Shown here: one piece after another, positions 53,034 through 61,764 of the stretch
Position numbering within the stretch: the stretch's first letter is position 1
Layout: the number at the start of each line of letters is the position of its first letter
Source of the DNA: Candidatus Microgenomates bacterium
GTDB lineage: Bacteria; Patescibacteriota; Microgenomatia; UBA8517; JACQJR01
NCBI GenBank assembly: GCA_016204995.1
Contig: JACQJR010000001.1
Coordinates: 473,666-537,665 of the forward strand
DNA: 64,000 nt
Direction: 5' to 3'
Made by a program: the position numbers and the translations under genes
The notes under the pieces: model-generated
The model's input: only the letters and a program-made list of their open reading frames with translations
Databases searched by the model: none
What the model was told of the DNA's origin: nothing

Positions 53034-53459
53034 CTAGAATGACAATCGGTGGCGGAGGCGGTCGCCTAGACTTTCACCTTGGTGGTGTGTAGCTTCATGA
53101 GTTTTTTCGCGCGCTTCCATCCTTAATTTTTCATTTTCTTCTTCCAGATCATGAATTTCTTTCTGTAGATTAGAAATAGTTTTTTCGTCGTCTCTAATTT
53201 GGCGGTCTTTGTCAGAAATCATGGCGGTAGAGGATAGCCAGCCGCCCAGGTTAAACACCCAGGCAGCGAGCACTCCCGCCATCAATGACCCCAGTGCTAT
53301 TAAATATAAAGGAAAAGTCCAGGTATAAATTCCAGCATGCAAAGTTATCAGAGCCGTGTTTTGAGTAGCTAAGAAGGCAAAGCCAGCTCCTAATATTACT
53401 GCCAAAATAAGAGTTAACATATAACTTATATAATAGTAAAAGGGTGAGAAACCAAGCAA
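53034..53459 (-). CDS. LapA-like membrane protein with a C-terminal coiled coil
   Basis: Two N-terminal TM helices, then a heptad region (ISNLQKEIHDLEEENEKLRMEARE). Confidence 0.4.
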   Translation of the reverse strand: MLGFSPFYYYISYMLTLILAVILGAGFAFLATQNTALITLHAGIYTWTFPLYLIALGSLMAGVLAAWVFNLGGWLSSTAMISDKDRQIRDDEKTISNLQKEIHDLEEENEKLRMEAREKTHEATHHQGESLGDRLRHRLSF

Positions 53460-53583
53460 AGGAAGGCAAGAAATAGGTAAGAATTACATTTTCTTCTCTT
53501 ACACAGTTCTTGCTTATTGTTGCTTTAATTTTAATTATTGGTCTTTATAGTCTAAAAAGACAAAGGAGGTGAGAATAAATTTT

Positions 53584-53835
53584 ATGGGGATTATATCTTG
53601 GATTATTTTTGGAGCAGTAGTGGGGATTATTGCTAATGTTCTTGATCCTCAACCTGCCAAAGGAGGTTTGCTAGGTGCTATTGTTTTGGGCGTAATCGGA
53701 GCGATGGTGGGAGGTTTTTTGAGCAGTTTATTCTTAGGTATAGATGTGACTGGTTTTAACTTACCATCATTTGCGATTGCCGTCGGAGGATCGTTATTGC
53801 TACTATTTATTGGACGGGCACTGGCTCGTTATTAA
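53584..53835 (+). CDS. GlsB/YeaQ/YmgE-family small membrane protein (transglycosylase-associated protein family)
   Basis: MGIISWIIFGAVVGIIANVLDPQPAKGGLLGAIVLGVIGAMVGGFL. Strong SD AAGGAGGTGA 9 nt upstream. Confidence 0.65.
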   Translation: MGIISWIIFGAVVGIIANVLDPQPAKGGLLGAIVLGVIGAMVGGFLSSLFLGIDVTGFNLPSFAIAVGGSLLLLFIGRALARY

Positions 53836-53850
53836 GGAGGTGAAAAAACG

Positions 53851-54033
53851 ATGGCAAAGTACGGTAAAAAAGCTCAAGAAAAAGTAGAGCAGACGATGCA
53901 TGAGTATAAGCAAGGTAAGCTGCGCTCCGGCAAAAGCGGTCGGGCGGTCAGAAGCCGAAAACAGGCGATTGCAATTGGTTTATCCAAAGCGCGTCGCGCC
54001 GGAGCGAAAGTGCCACCTGCGCGCGAAGAGTGA
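53851..54033 (+). CDS. Small basic hypothetical protein (60 aa)
   Basis: Preceded by SD AAGGAGGTGA. K/R-rich. Confidence 0.4.
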   Translation: MAKYGKKAQEKVEQTMHEYKQGKLRSGKSGRAVRSRKQAIAIGLSKARRAGAKVPPAREE

Positions 54034-54046
54034 AATATAATATAAT

Positions 54047-54853
54047 TTGGGCGTGACACGACTCATCATTGTTCTTAGTTTAATTTTTTGGCCCCTTAGT
54101 TTATTTTTAGCCAATACTGTAGGTGATTTTGTTAAATACTTTTTTCCAGTCTTATTGCTTATTTTAAGTTGGCAATTATTTAAAAAGAACAACTCGCTAT
54201 TTTTATGGCCTACTTTGCTAATTCCTTTTTTTGAGCCAAAACTGGCTGTTCTCCCTTTGCTGTTAGGAGTAATGAATCTGAAACGCCACTGGTTATTTAT
54301 TGGAGCAACAGCGATAGTTTTAGCGTTTAATTTTAAAGCTTTTTGGGGTCAAACTATTTTTAAGGCTGATTATGAGGCCCAGCAGGAAATTATTGGCAAG
54401 TCATATCTTTATCCTAATGTGCCGCTGGCTCGGCTTTTTCAAAATAAAGGCCGGATTTATGTAAATAAATTTACTGCTAATTTTCTAGCATTAAGCGATC
54501 CTAATAATTATTTTTTTGGTTTTCATCCTCGGGAAATAAAAGTTGATAATCAAAATTTAAGGAAATTTCCCTTTTTAGGAATAATGTTTATGTTGTTAGG
54601 ATTTTATTATTTGGCCCAGTTGCCGCAAAAGAAATTTGTCATGGTGCTTTTAACTGCTTCTTTCATTTCTTTAACTGTTTTAAATATTTTTGACCGTCAT
54701 GATGTTATTTTATGGTTACCCCTATCTATACTTTACATTCATGGGGTAAAAGAATTTTCTACTAAGAAGTGGTGGTGGCACCGACTTAATCGGGGTTTTT
54801 ATGTAGTGTTTATTATTTTTACTGTCTGGGAATTAATTAGATTATTTTTATGA
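54047..54853 (+). CDS. Polytopic membrane protein, partner of the downstream GT-C glycosyltransferase
   Basis: 268 aa, about 8 TM helices. 4 bp overlap with the downstream gene. Confidence 0.45.
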   Translation: MGVTRLIIVLSLIFWPLSLFLANTVGDFVKYFFPVLLLILSWQLFKKNNSLFLWPTLLIPFFEPKLAVLPLLLGVMNLKRHWLFIGATAIVLAFNFKAFWGQTIFKADYEAQQEIIGKSYLYPNVPLARLFQNKGRIYVNKFTANFLALSDPNNYFFGFHPREIKVDNQNLRKFPFLGIMFMLLGFYYLAQLPQKKFVMVLLTASFISLTVLNIFDRHDVILWLPLSILYIHGVKEFSTKKWWWHRLNRGFYVVFIIFTVWELIRLFL

Positions 54854-56508
54854 TTAAAAGGCTGTTGATTTTATCCATTCTACTAACAGCTATTGTTTTG
54901 GCCATAGTCACTCGCTTTTATAAACTAGGGACGGCGCCGGCCGGACTATATTTGGATGAGGCAGGTCAAGGTTATAACGCTTATTCAATTTTAAAAACTG
55001 GACGAGATGAGTTTGGTAAATCATTTCCTTTTGTTTTTCGATCGTTTATTGATTTTAAAACCCCAGTGTATGTTTATTTAATTGTACCCTTAATTCCTTT
55101 TTTTGATTTAACCCCCCTTACAGTCCGTTTACCCTCATTTATTTTCAGTATTTTAACTTTGCCGATTTTGTTTCTATTACTTAGGAAACTTTCACCGCCA
55201 AAATTAGCTATTCCTTTATCATTACTTTCTACTTTGCTCTTAGCTATCTCGCCTTGGCATATTCTTTTCGGAAGGACGAATTTTGAGTGTAATGTAGCCT
55301 TATTTTTTTTCTTAGCAGGAGTTTATTTTTTCTATAAATCTCTGGCTAAGCCTATTTGGCTGATACCGGCGGCAGCACTATTTGCTGTTGCTATTCCGGC
55401 TTATCATTCGCAAAGAATTGTTACGCCAGCCATCTTAATATTTTTATTAATTCGTTATCGGCAAAAGCTGCTGGCCAAGAATTTTCGCCCCTTTTTAATT
55501 TTAAGTTTGGCAATTGGATTGATTATCTCTTTGCCGACGATCAGCATTATGTTTACACCAGGATTTTTGGCGCGCGCTGCTGGACTTAATATTTTTTCAA
55601 GTCCTCACCCAGCCGGTTTTCTAGATAATTATCACGGATGGTGGGAATGGTTAGTTAACAACAGAATTTTTCTATCAACTTGGGAGTTTGCCTCGCTGTA
55701 TGTTTCTTATTTATCACCGCGCGATATGTTTTTATTGGGGGATTATGGGCCGCGCAGTTCATTTCCGGAACTAGCCACTTTCTATCTTTGGCAATTTCCT
55801 TTTTATCTTTACGGAATTTATCTATTAATTAAAAACAAAACTTTAGGCGAGCTGCGGACTTTTTTAATGGCCTTTTTATTAATTGCTCCCATTCCGGCCG
55901 CTTTAACCCGCGATCCATATTCCACCATTCGGGCTTTACCTTTAGTAATTCCCCAGCTAACTATTATTGCTTTGGGGATGATATTTTTTTGGCAAAAATT
56001 TAGTAGTAAATTATGGCGATGGGGGATGATGATAGCTTTAGCGATAATAGTTTTTTATTCCCTGACTAAACTTTATAGTTCAGTGATTATCTTAAATGAA
56101 TTTTTTAGGGCCAAGTATTGGGATTATGGCTGGCAAAAAGTAGTAGAAGTTATTCAACGTGACTTGGATCCAAAATTACCGATTGTGGTAGATAACAGCC
56201 GCTTTGAGCCTTATAGCCAGTTAGTTTTCTTTTTAAAATATGATCCCCTTAAGTACCAGCATGATAATTACGAGGTACCTTTGAATGAGTATTACGCCAA
56301 TATGAATAGGAATAGGACCAAAATAATTGGCAACATTATAACGCGAGCAATTGATTGGGAGCATGATTTGTTAGCAGAACAATATTTGATTGGCGATGAG
56401 TTGTCTATTTCTTACACTCAAATTAAGGAACATAATTTAACATTAATTTCCGAAATTCTTTATCCCGACAGAAGCGTGGCTTACCGAATTGTCAAAATCA
56501 AGAAATAA
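54850..56508 (+). CDS. GT-C fold membrane glycosyltransferase (ArnT/PMT family-like), second copy
   Basis: 552 aa. First loop YLDEAGQGYNAYSILKTGRDEFGKSFPFVFRSF carries DE..RDE acidic motifs typical of GT-C. Confidence 0.55.
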   Translation: MIKRLLILSILLTAIVLAIVTRFYKLGTAPAGLYLDEAGQGYNAYSILKTGRDEFGKSFPFVFRSFIDFKTPVYVYLIVPLIPFFDLTPLTVRLPSFIFSILTLPILFLLLRKLSPPKLAIPLSLLSTLLLAISPWHILFGRTNFECNVALFFFLAGVYFFYKSLAKPIWLIPAAALFAVAIPAYHSQRIVTPAILIFLLIRYRQKLLAKNFRPFLILSLAIGLIISLPTISIMFTPGFLARAAGLNIFSSPHPAGFLDNYHGWWEWLVNNRIFLSTWEFASLYVSYLSPRDMFLLGDYGPRSSFPELATFYLWQFPFYLYGIYLLIKNKTLGELRTFLMAFLLIAPIPAALTRDPYSTIRALPLVIPQLTIIALGMIFFWQKFSSKLWRWGMMIALAIIVFYSLTKLYSSVIILNEFFRAKYWDYGWQKVVEVIQRDLDPKLPIVVDNSRFEPYSQLVFFLKYDPLKYQHDNYEVPLNEYYANMNRNRTKIIGNIITRAIDWEHDLLAEQYLIGDELSISYTQIKEHNLTLISEILYPDRSVAYRIVKIKK

Positions 56509-56543
56509 CTTGACAAGTCATATTGTGATGTGTCCATAATGAA

Positions 56544-56777
56544 GTGGTGAACGAAAGAGGAATTGTTACCCTAATTCCCCTACTCCTTTTACTGCTAGCA
56601 GTAGTAGTTATCTATCTTCTGGTCTCTGGCGGGATCATCAAAAATCTTAACCTACCTGGTTTGAAAAAAGAGGCCAAAGTAGAACTGCAAACACAATATC
56701 AAAATCCCTTTGATAAAGATGCTCAATATGTCAATCCTTTTGCTTCCTACAAAAACCCATTTGACCAACTAAAATGA
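56544..56777 (+). CDS. Small single-TM protein
   Basis: 77 aa. TM LIPLLLLLLAVVVIYLLVSGGII. Overlaps the downstream gene by 4 bp. Confidence 0.3.
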   Translation: MVNERGIVTLIPLLLLLLAVVVIYLLVSGGIIKNLNLPGLKKEAKVELQTQYQNPFDKDAQYVNPFASYKNPFDQLK

Positions 56778-58426
56778 GAAGACTTATTTTTTTGGCAGTC
56801 ATGATGATTTCCTTGGTGGTAGTGACTCCAGCTTACGGTCAAAGTACTGCAAATAACCCAGAAGAAATTGCCCAGAAATATAATGTTACCTTTCCCATTG
56901 CTGATTTGGGAGGATGTACAGATTATGCCTCATGCAGGACTTTTTGCGAAGATCCGGTCAATGCCGCCAGCTGTATAAATTACGCCAAGTCAAAAGGTTT
57001 TTATAAAGAAGACGTCATTGAAACCAAAAAAGAAGTAGTTTTGCGGGCTGCCAGGCAAACACTAGGCTGTGATTCCCAGGAGTCATGCGTGAGTTTTTGT
57101 TCTTTGGCAGAAAATCACGACAAATGCGACGCTTTTGCCAAAAGACAAGGATTGGCTGGCGGACGGGTAGAGGATCCCAGTAAAACCCAAGTAATTGCTA
57201 AAGCTAAGGAAATTCTGGGTTGCGATTCTGCTGTTGGTTGCCAATCTCTTTGTTCTCAAGAGGAAAACAGACAGAAGTGTTCAGATTTTGCCAGACAAGT
57301 GGGTTTGCGGGGCGGCGAGCGACAGGTTGGCCCGGGAGGATGTAATAGCGAAGAATCCTGTCGGTCCTATTGTAGCGATCATGAAGATGAGTGTCGGGGA
57401 GTGGGGGGCCCTGGCGGCTCTCCGCCGCCTGGTTATAATCCGCAGGAAATGTGCAGTAGAACTCCCAATTGCCGCTGGGAAAATGATACTTGCCAATGCA
57501 GTTCTTACGGGAGGCCAGAGGATGCCGCCAAAAGAGCGGAAGAATACGCCAAGTTCTGTCGGGAGAATCCTGATAAGTGTAGACCGGGCCAACCAGGGGA
57601 TTTTAGAAATGAGAAGGAACGGAACAGCTTTGAAGATTATTGCCGCCAAAATCCTGAAAGATGTATCTATCAGGGTACAGCTTCCTGTTCAGGACCAAGC
57701 GGCGGATGTGGCTCGGGATACAGTTGGGATAAAGGGACTTGTACTTGTAAACCATCGTCTGGCTGTCCGGCGGGTACTTCCTGGAATGGTTCATATTGCA
57801 TGAAAGATTCTGGCCCTTCTGGCGGAGGTTGCTCTCCGCCTGCTGGAGGATGCGGCAGCGGTTGGTTTGACAATAGTTCCTGTTCTTGTAAACCGGCTTC
57901 AGCAGAAGGTTGTTACAATGTGTCGGCCTCCAGTTGCGGCAGCGGATTTACTTGGGATGCCTCTGCCTGCACTTGTCGCTCTAATACGCCTAGCGGTGGC
58001 GGAGGTAGTTGCGGTTCCGGTACCTACTGGACCGGCTCTTATTGTAAAGAATATTCTGAAGGTTCAACGCCGGCCGGCGGAGGTGGTTACACCAATACTC
58101 AAACCCAATATGAAGATCCGGCTACTGCTTGCGCGAGAGGTACTAACTGTACTTGGACCGGCAGCAGTTGTAATTGCACTCCTTCCGGCGGCTCATCGGG
58201 ATCCAGCACTCCTGCTCCTGAACAGCCGCAGCAATCCACTCCTCAGCCGGAGCAACCCGCCCCCCAACCTGTTCCAGATTCCGGTTCTTCCGGCGGCTCA
58301 TCAGGCGGTAGTTGCCCGGAGGGTTCTTACATGAAAGACGGAGCTTGTGTGTCAGGAGTTCAGGGAGTCAGTACTGTCAGGGGCATCTTTAAACAACTGT
58401 TAGATCTTTTCAGTGTTTGGTTTTAA
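56774..58426 (+). CDS. Secreted Cys-rich protein with four tandem 35-40 aa Cys modules and a G/S/C/P-rich tail
   Basis: Signal peptide, then repeats GC(T/D/N)(D/S)..SC(R/V/Q)(T/S)(F/L/Y)CS......C..(Y/F)A(K/R).G x4. Then CxxGxxW and GGSSG low complexity. About 45 Cys in total. Confidence 0.55.
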   Translation: MRRLIFLAVMMISLVVVTPAYGQSTANNPEEIAQKYNVTFPIADLGGCTDYASCRTFCEDPVNAASCINYAKSKGFYKEDVIETKKEVVLRAARQTLGCDSQESCVSFCSLAENHDKCDAFAKRQGLAGGRVEDPSKTQVIAKAKEILGCDSAVGCQSLCSQEENRQKCSDFARQVGLRGGERQVGPGGCNSEESCRSYCSDHEDECRGVGGPGGSPPPGYNPQEMCSRTPNCRWENDTCQCSSYGRPEDAAKRAEEYAKFCRENPDKCRPGQPGDFRNEKERNSFEDYCRQNPERCIYQGTASCSGPSGGCGSGYSWDKGTCTCKPSSGCPAGTSWNGSYCMKDSGPSGGGCSPPAGGCGSGWFDNSSCSCKPASAEGCYNVSASSCGSGFTWDASACTCRSNTPSGGGGSCGSGTYWTGSYCKEYSEGSTPAGGGGYTNTQTQYEDPATACARGTNCTWTGSSCNCTPSGGSSGSSTPAPEQPQQSTPQPEQPAPQPVPDSGSSGGSSGGSCPEGSYMKDGACVSGVQGVSTVRGIFKQLLDLFSVWF

Positions 58427-58440
58427 AAGGAGGTGAGAGA

Positions 58441-58650
58441 ATGATGAAAATGTTGCACATAGCCGCCTATACGCTGTTATGGGTAGGTGGTTTGAATTGG
58501 TTACTGGTGGCTTTTAATTTTAATTTAGTGGAAACCCTATTGGGAACAGGTTCCATGTTAACCAACGTAGTTTATATTTTAGTAGGTTTGTCTACAGTTT
58601 ATATTATTGCGGCCCATAAGAGTGATTGTAAGGTATGTGGGAGTAAATGA
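58441..58650 (+). CDS. DUF378-family small membrane protein
   Basis: MMKMLHIAAYTLLWVGGLNWLLVAFNFNLVETLLG...VYILVGLSTVYII. SD AAGGAGGTGA. Confidence 0.6.
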   Translation: MMKMLHIAAYTLLWVGGLNWLLVAFNFNLVETLLGTGSMLTNVVYILVGLSTVYIIAAHKSDCKVCGSK

Positions 58651-58702
58651 TTAAAAGTAGTACAAAAATGCTTATCAGATAGAAGCTGGAGTTGGATGAT
58701 GG

Positions 58703-59083
58703 TTATATCTTTTTGGTGTAGGAAATTGATCCGCCGTTTTTGAGGGTGAAATCTACATTTAGTTTGATATTTTTTACCCCTTTATGATAAACACAAACTT
58801 TCTTGGAGCAGGTGCCTAAAAGCAGAGTGCGGGCGAGAGTCGCGCCTTTGGGTTTAACGGTGCCGCTGACACCTTGGGCGCCTTTGGTGGAATCATAAGT
58901 TAAAGTGTATTTAAACGATTTGACGTTTGTTAAATTGGCAAAGTTGATGATGACCGATAATTTATTCTTAGATAAAGTAATGCCCGCGGAGGGATTTTTG
59001 CCGACCTTTTTAGGAGCAGCTTGTATAGGAACCGCCAGTCCCAGAAAAAGTAATAGTCCCAACACAAAAACAATTTTCTTCAT
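58703..59083 (-). CDS. Secreted hypothetical protein
   Basis: Signal peptide MKKIVFVLGLLLFLGLAVPIQA, then a beta-rich region. Confidence 0.4.
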   Translation of the reverse strand: MKKIVFVLGLLLFLGLAVPIQAAPKKVGKNPSAGITLSKNKLSVIINFANLTNVKSFKYTLTYDSTKGAQGVSGTVKPKGATLARTLLLGTCSKKVCVYHKGVKNIKLNVDFTLKNGGSISYTKKI

Positions 59084-59140
59084 TATTTAAACTTTCTTAA
59101 GTCAAGCTTTGCTTATAATAGCATATTCTTGACTTCGATT

Positions 59141-59175
59141 AAATCGGTCCCGATTTAATCGGGATCGGGGTTGAC
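59141..59175. promoter_or_regulatory. Cluster of overlapping perfect palindromes (cgattaaatcgg tc ccgatttaatcgg gatcgg) in a divergent promoter region
   Basis: ccgatttaatcgg is a 13 bp perfect palindrome. ttaaatcgg / ccgatttaa form a 9 bp inverted repeat with a 2 nt spacer. Confidence 0.4.
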
Positions 59176-59225
59176 AAAGGGAAAAGATAATAACTAAACT
59201 GAAATACAAGGAGGTGATGGAGTAA

Positions 59226-59432
59226 ATGGCAAAGAAAAAAGCGACAACAAAGGCCTGGCACGAGCAATGGAAAGAGTACGCTCATTGGTTAATTGCAGGC
59301 AGCATTTTAGCAGTCATTTTAGCTAGTGTTGGCTATATGGGTGTTGATATTTGGTTGGCTTCTACTCAATGGCTCTTGGTAGCGGCAGTGTTGGCGGCTC
59401 TGGGCGTCTACGCGAAACTGGAATCAAAGTAA
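59226..59432 (+). CDS. Small two-TM membrane protein
   Basis: SD AAGGAGGTGATGG upstream. Two hydrophobic helices. Confidence 0.4.
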   Translation: MAKKKATTKAWHEQWKEYAHWLIAGSILAVILASVGYMGVDIWLASTQWLLVAAVLAALGVYAKLESK

Positions 59433-59525
59433 GTGACGGCTACGTTCATGTAAACTGAACGTAGCGGGTATTCTGCGGTCATTATGCGGTATTTTTTGCT
59501 TCTTGTACTGTGTTAAACTAACTTC

Positions 59526-60248
59526 ATGCTTGATATCAGTTTGCCGGTGGCTTTTGTGGCCGGAGTTGCTTCGGTTTTTGCCCCCTGCGTAGTGCCTTTG
59601 CTGCCGGTTTATGTGGCTTATGTGACCGGCATAACGCTGACTGATTTAAAAAAGCATAATGATGCCATTTACCAGCGCAGACTTCTTTTAGCCTCCCTTT
59701 TTTACGTGTTGGGATTTTCTCTAATTTTTATAATGTTGGGTCTGGCCGCGGCCGGCATCGGGGGATGGCTGCGTCATTATCAGTCAATTTTACAGATCAT
59801 TGGCGGCATCTTAATTACTATCTTTGGTTTAGAACTGGCCGGGATTATCAATTTGCCGCTTTTGGCTCGGGGCAAAATGCTAATTTTGCCAGCCTGGACT
59901 GCGCGACTTGGTTACGGGCGACCACTGCTGATTGGTATGCTTTTTGCTCTGGTCTGGGCTCCTTGTGTGGGAGTGATATTGGGGGCCATTTTGACTATCG
60001 CAGCCGTTCAGGGCCAAGCGTTTCTGGGAGTGCAGCTATTATTTGTTTACTCACTGGGCATCTCTCTTCCCTTTATCCTTATTTCCTTAACCTTAGGCCA
60101 TTTACATAAGTATTGGAGTTTTGTGAGTCAAAGTAGCATCATCCTATCCCGTGCCAGTGGTTTTTTATTGCTGATGATAGGAGTATTATTAATGACTAAC
60201 ACTTACAAATATGTCAATAATTGGATTTTTGCCTTATTATTAAAATAA
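59526..60248 (+). CDS. ccdA: CcdA/DsbD-core thiol-disulfide transporter (cytochrome c biogenesis protein CcdA family)
   Basis: Two conserved Cys, each within a TM helix (VFAPCVVPLLP and VWAPCVGVILG). 6 TM helices. Confidence 0.7.
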   Translation: MLDISLPVAFVAGVASVFAPCVVPLLPVYVAYVTGITLTDLKKHNDAIYQRRLLLASLFYVLGFSLIFIMLGLAAAGIGGWLRHYQSILQIIGGILITIFGLELAGIINLPLLARGKMLILPAWTARLGYGRPLLIGMLFALVWAPCVGVILGAILTIAAVQGQAFLGVQLLFVYSLGISLPFILISLTLGHLHKYWSFVSQSSIILSRASGFLLLMIGVLLMTNTYKYVNNWIFALLLK

Positions 60249-60379
60249 GGTATATGAAAAAGAGTCAGCAGGAATTATTATTTAGGATAGGAGTGGTGAT
60301 TACAATCGGAAGTGTTGCTTTATTAATTTTTTGGTGGGGAGGAAGACTGGCCGGGTTCTAAATATGTTAAAATATTTTA

Positions 60380-60808
60380 ATGAGTAAAAATTCCTTGATC
60401 ATTTTTGGTGTTTTAGTGGCGCTGGCTTTAGGAGCTTTAGTTTTTGTGATGCTGGCTCCTAGTAAGAATATTCCTGGGCCAACTGCGACTATGACACCTG
60501 TTGTAAATCCTGCTGCTCCTCAAGCCGGTGCGGTACAAGAAATAGAAGTAAGTGGTAGTGAATATAAATTTACTCCTCGCACCTTAGTCTTTACCAAAGG
60601 CGAGAAGGTGAAATTAACTTTTAAAAACATGGGCAAAATGCCGCATAATTTAATGATTCCCGAACTTAATGTAGCGACTGACACCATTGCCGGCGGTGAG
60701 ACCACTACTGTGGAATTTACTCCGGGAGAGAGCGGTAGCTTTGCCATGTTTTGCAGCGTGGGCAATCATCGGGCCCTAGGCATGGAAGGAATGATGGAGG
60801 TAAAGTAA
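60380..60808 (+). CDS. Membrane-anchored cupredoxin (plastocyanin/azurin-type blue copper protein)
   Basis: N-terminal TM, then type-1 Cu ligand set H (MPHNLMIP) ... C-x2-G-x-H-x4-M (FCSVGNHRALGMEGMM). Confidence 0.65.
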   Translation: MSKNSLIIFGVLVALALGALVFVMLAPSKNIPGPTATMTPVVNPAAPQAGAVQEIEVSGSEYKFTPRTLVFTKGEKVKLTFKNMGKMPHNLMIPELNVATDTIAGGETTTVEFTPGESGSFAMFCSVGNHRALGMEGMMEVK

Positions 60809-61063
60809 ATGCGGGTTAAAATTTATTCCACAGTAACTTGTCCTTATTGCAAAATGCTTAAGGACTATCTAACTGAAAAAAAGATTACCTTTGAAAATGT
60901 GTTTGTGGATCAGGACGAAAAGGGTAAGGAAGAAATGATGCAGGCTTCAGGCGGATTTTTAGGGGTACCATTTACGGTGATAACTAAGGGTGATGGGATC
61001 AAAGAAACAGTATTAGGATTTGACAAGAATAAGATTAATGACGTACTCGGAATAACCGGATAA
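60809..61063 (+). CDS. Glutaredoxin / NrdH-like thiol-disulfide oxidoreductase
   Basis: KIYSTVTCPYCKMLKDYL is a CPYC active site in a thioredoxin fold. 84 aa. Confidence 0.7.
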   Translation: MRVKIYSTVTCPYCKMLKDYLTEKKITFENVFVDQDEKGKEEMMQASGGFLGVPFTVITKGDGIKETVLGFDKNKINDVLGITG

Positions 61064-61083
61064 TCGGCGAACTCTGATTTAGG

Positions 61084-61752
61084 ATGATTTTTGTTAACTT
61101 TAAAACTTATCAGGAAGCGACCGGAACTCGGGCGGTGGAACTGGTGCGGATTTTATCACTTTGTCAGTCGCAAACGAAAATTCCTATTATTCCGGTAGTG
61201 CAAGCGATGGATATCCGTTCTTCGATGATTGCCACAGACTACAATATTTGGGCCCAACATATAGATGGGGTAGAGCAAGGCCAAACTACCGGTTGGATAA
61301 CAGCTCCGGCCGTGAGTCAAGCTGGAGCCGTCGGCACTTTTTTAAATCACAGTGAACATAAATTGCTAGATAAAGAATTAACAGCTGCTTTTGCCCAAGC
61401 AGCAGCCATGGCCTTAGATACTTTAATTTTTGCCGCCGATATTCCCGAATTAAAAAAAGTTATGAAGCTGGCACCTACTTATATGGCTTACGAGCCGCCG
61501 GAGTTAATTGCTGCCAAAGATACTTCAGTTTCTCGCGCCAAGCCACAAGTAATTGCCGAAGCAGTTAAAATTGCCCAAGCAGCCAATATTCCCTTAATTG
61601 TAGGGGCAGGAGTTAAAACGGCCGCTGATGTTAAAAAAAGTTTGGAATTGGGTGCAGCTGGAGTTGCCGTGTCGTCAGCAGTAGTACTGGCCGATGATCC
61701 TAAAAAAGCTATTTTGGAACTGGCGAAAGGATTTAAGCCAAGCTTGGCTTAG
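61084..61752 (+). CDS. tpiA: Triosephosphate isomerase, archaeal-type (short, about 220 aa)
   Basis: VNFKTYQEATG...AGAVGTFLNHSEHK...YMAYEPPELIAAKD...VGAGVKTAADVKKSLELGAAGV aligns to the archaeal TIM pattern (NFKTY, LNHSE, EPPELIG). Confidence 0.6.
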   Translation: MIFVNFKTYQEATGTRAVELVRILSLCQSQTKIPIIPVVQAMDIRSSMIATDYNIWAQHIDGVEQGQTTGWITAPAVSQAGAVGTFLNHSEHKLLDKELTAAFAQAAAMALDTLIFAADIPELKKVMKLAPTYMAYEPPELIAAKDTSVSRAKPQVIAEAVKIAQAANIPLIVGAGVKTAADVKKSLELGAAGVAVSSAVVLADDPKKAILELAKGFKPSLA

Positions 61753-61764
61753 GAAAGCTAAAAA

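Noticed and set aside
57195-58334. Several 60-200 aa ORFs on both strands inside the Cys-rich protein gene (57195..57803, 57281..57649, 57867..58334 and others)
   Set aside because: They arise because the region is GC-rich and stop-poor. They are nested within a single long coherent ORF that has a signal peptide and repeat structure.
53851-59432. Run of genes with perfect AAGGAGGTGA Shine-Dalgarno sequences, considered as a horizontally acquired block
   Set aside because: Strong SDs also occur sporadically elsewhere (FKBP, rpoD). They mostly precede small, probably highly expressed membrane proteins, so this more likely reflects expression level than foreign origin.
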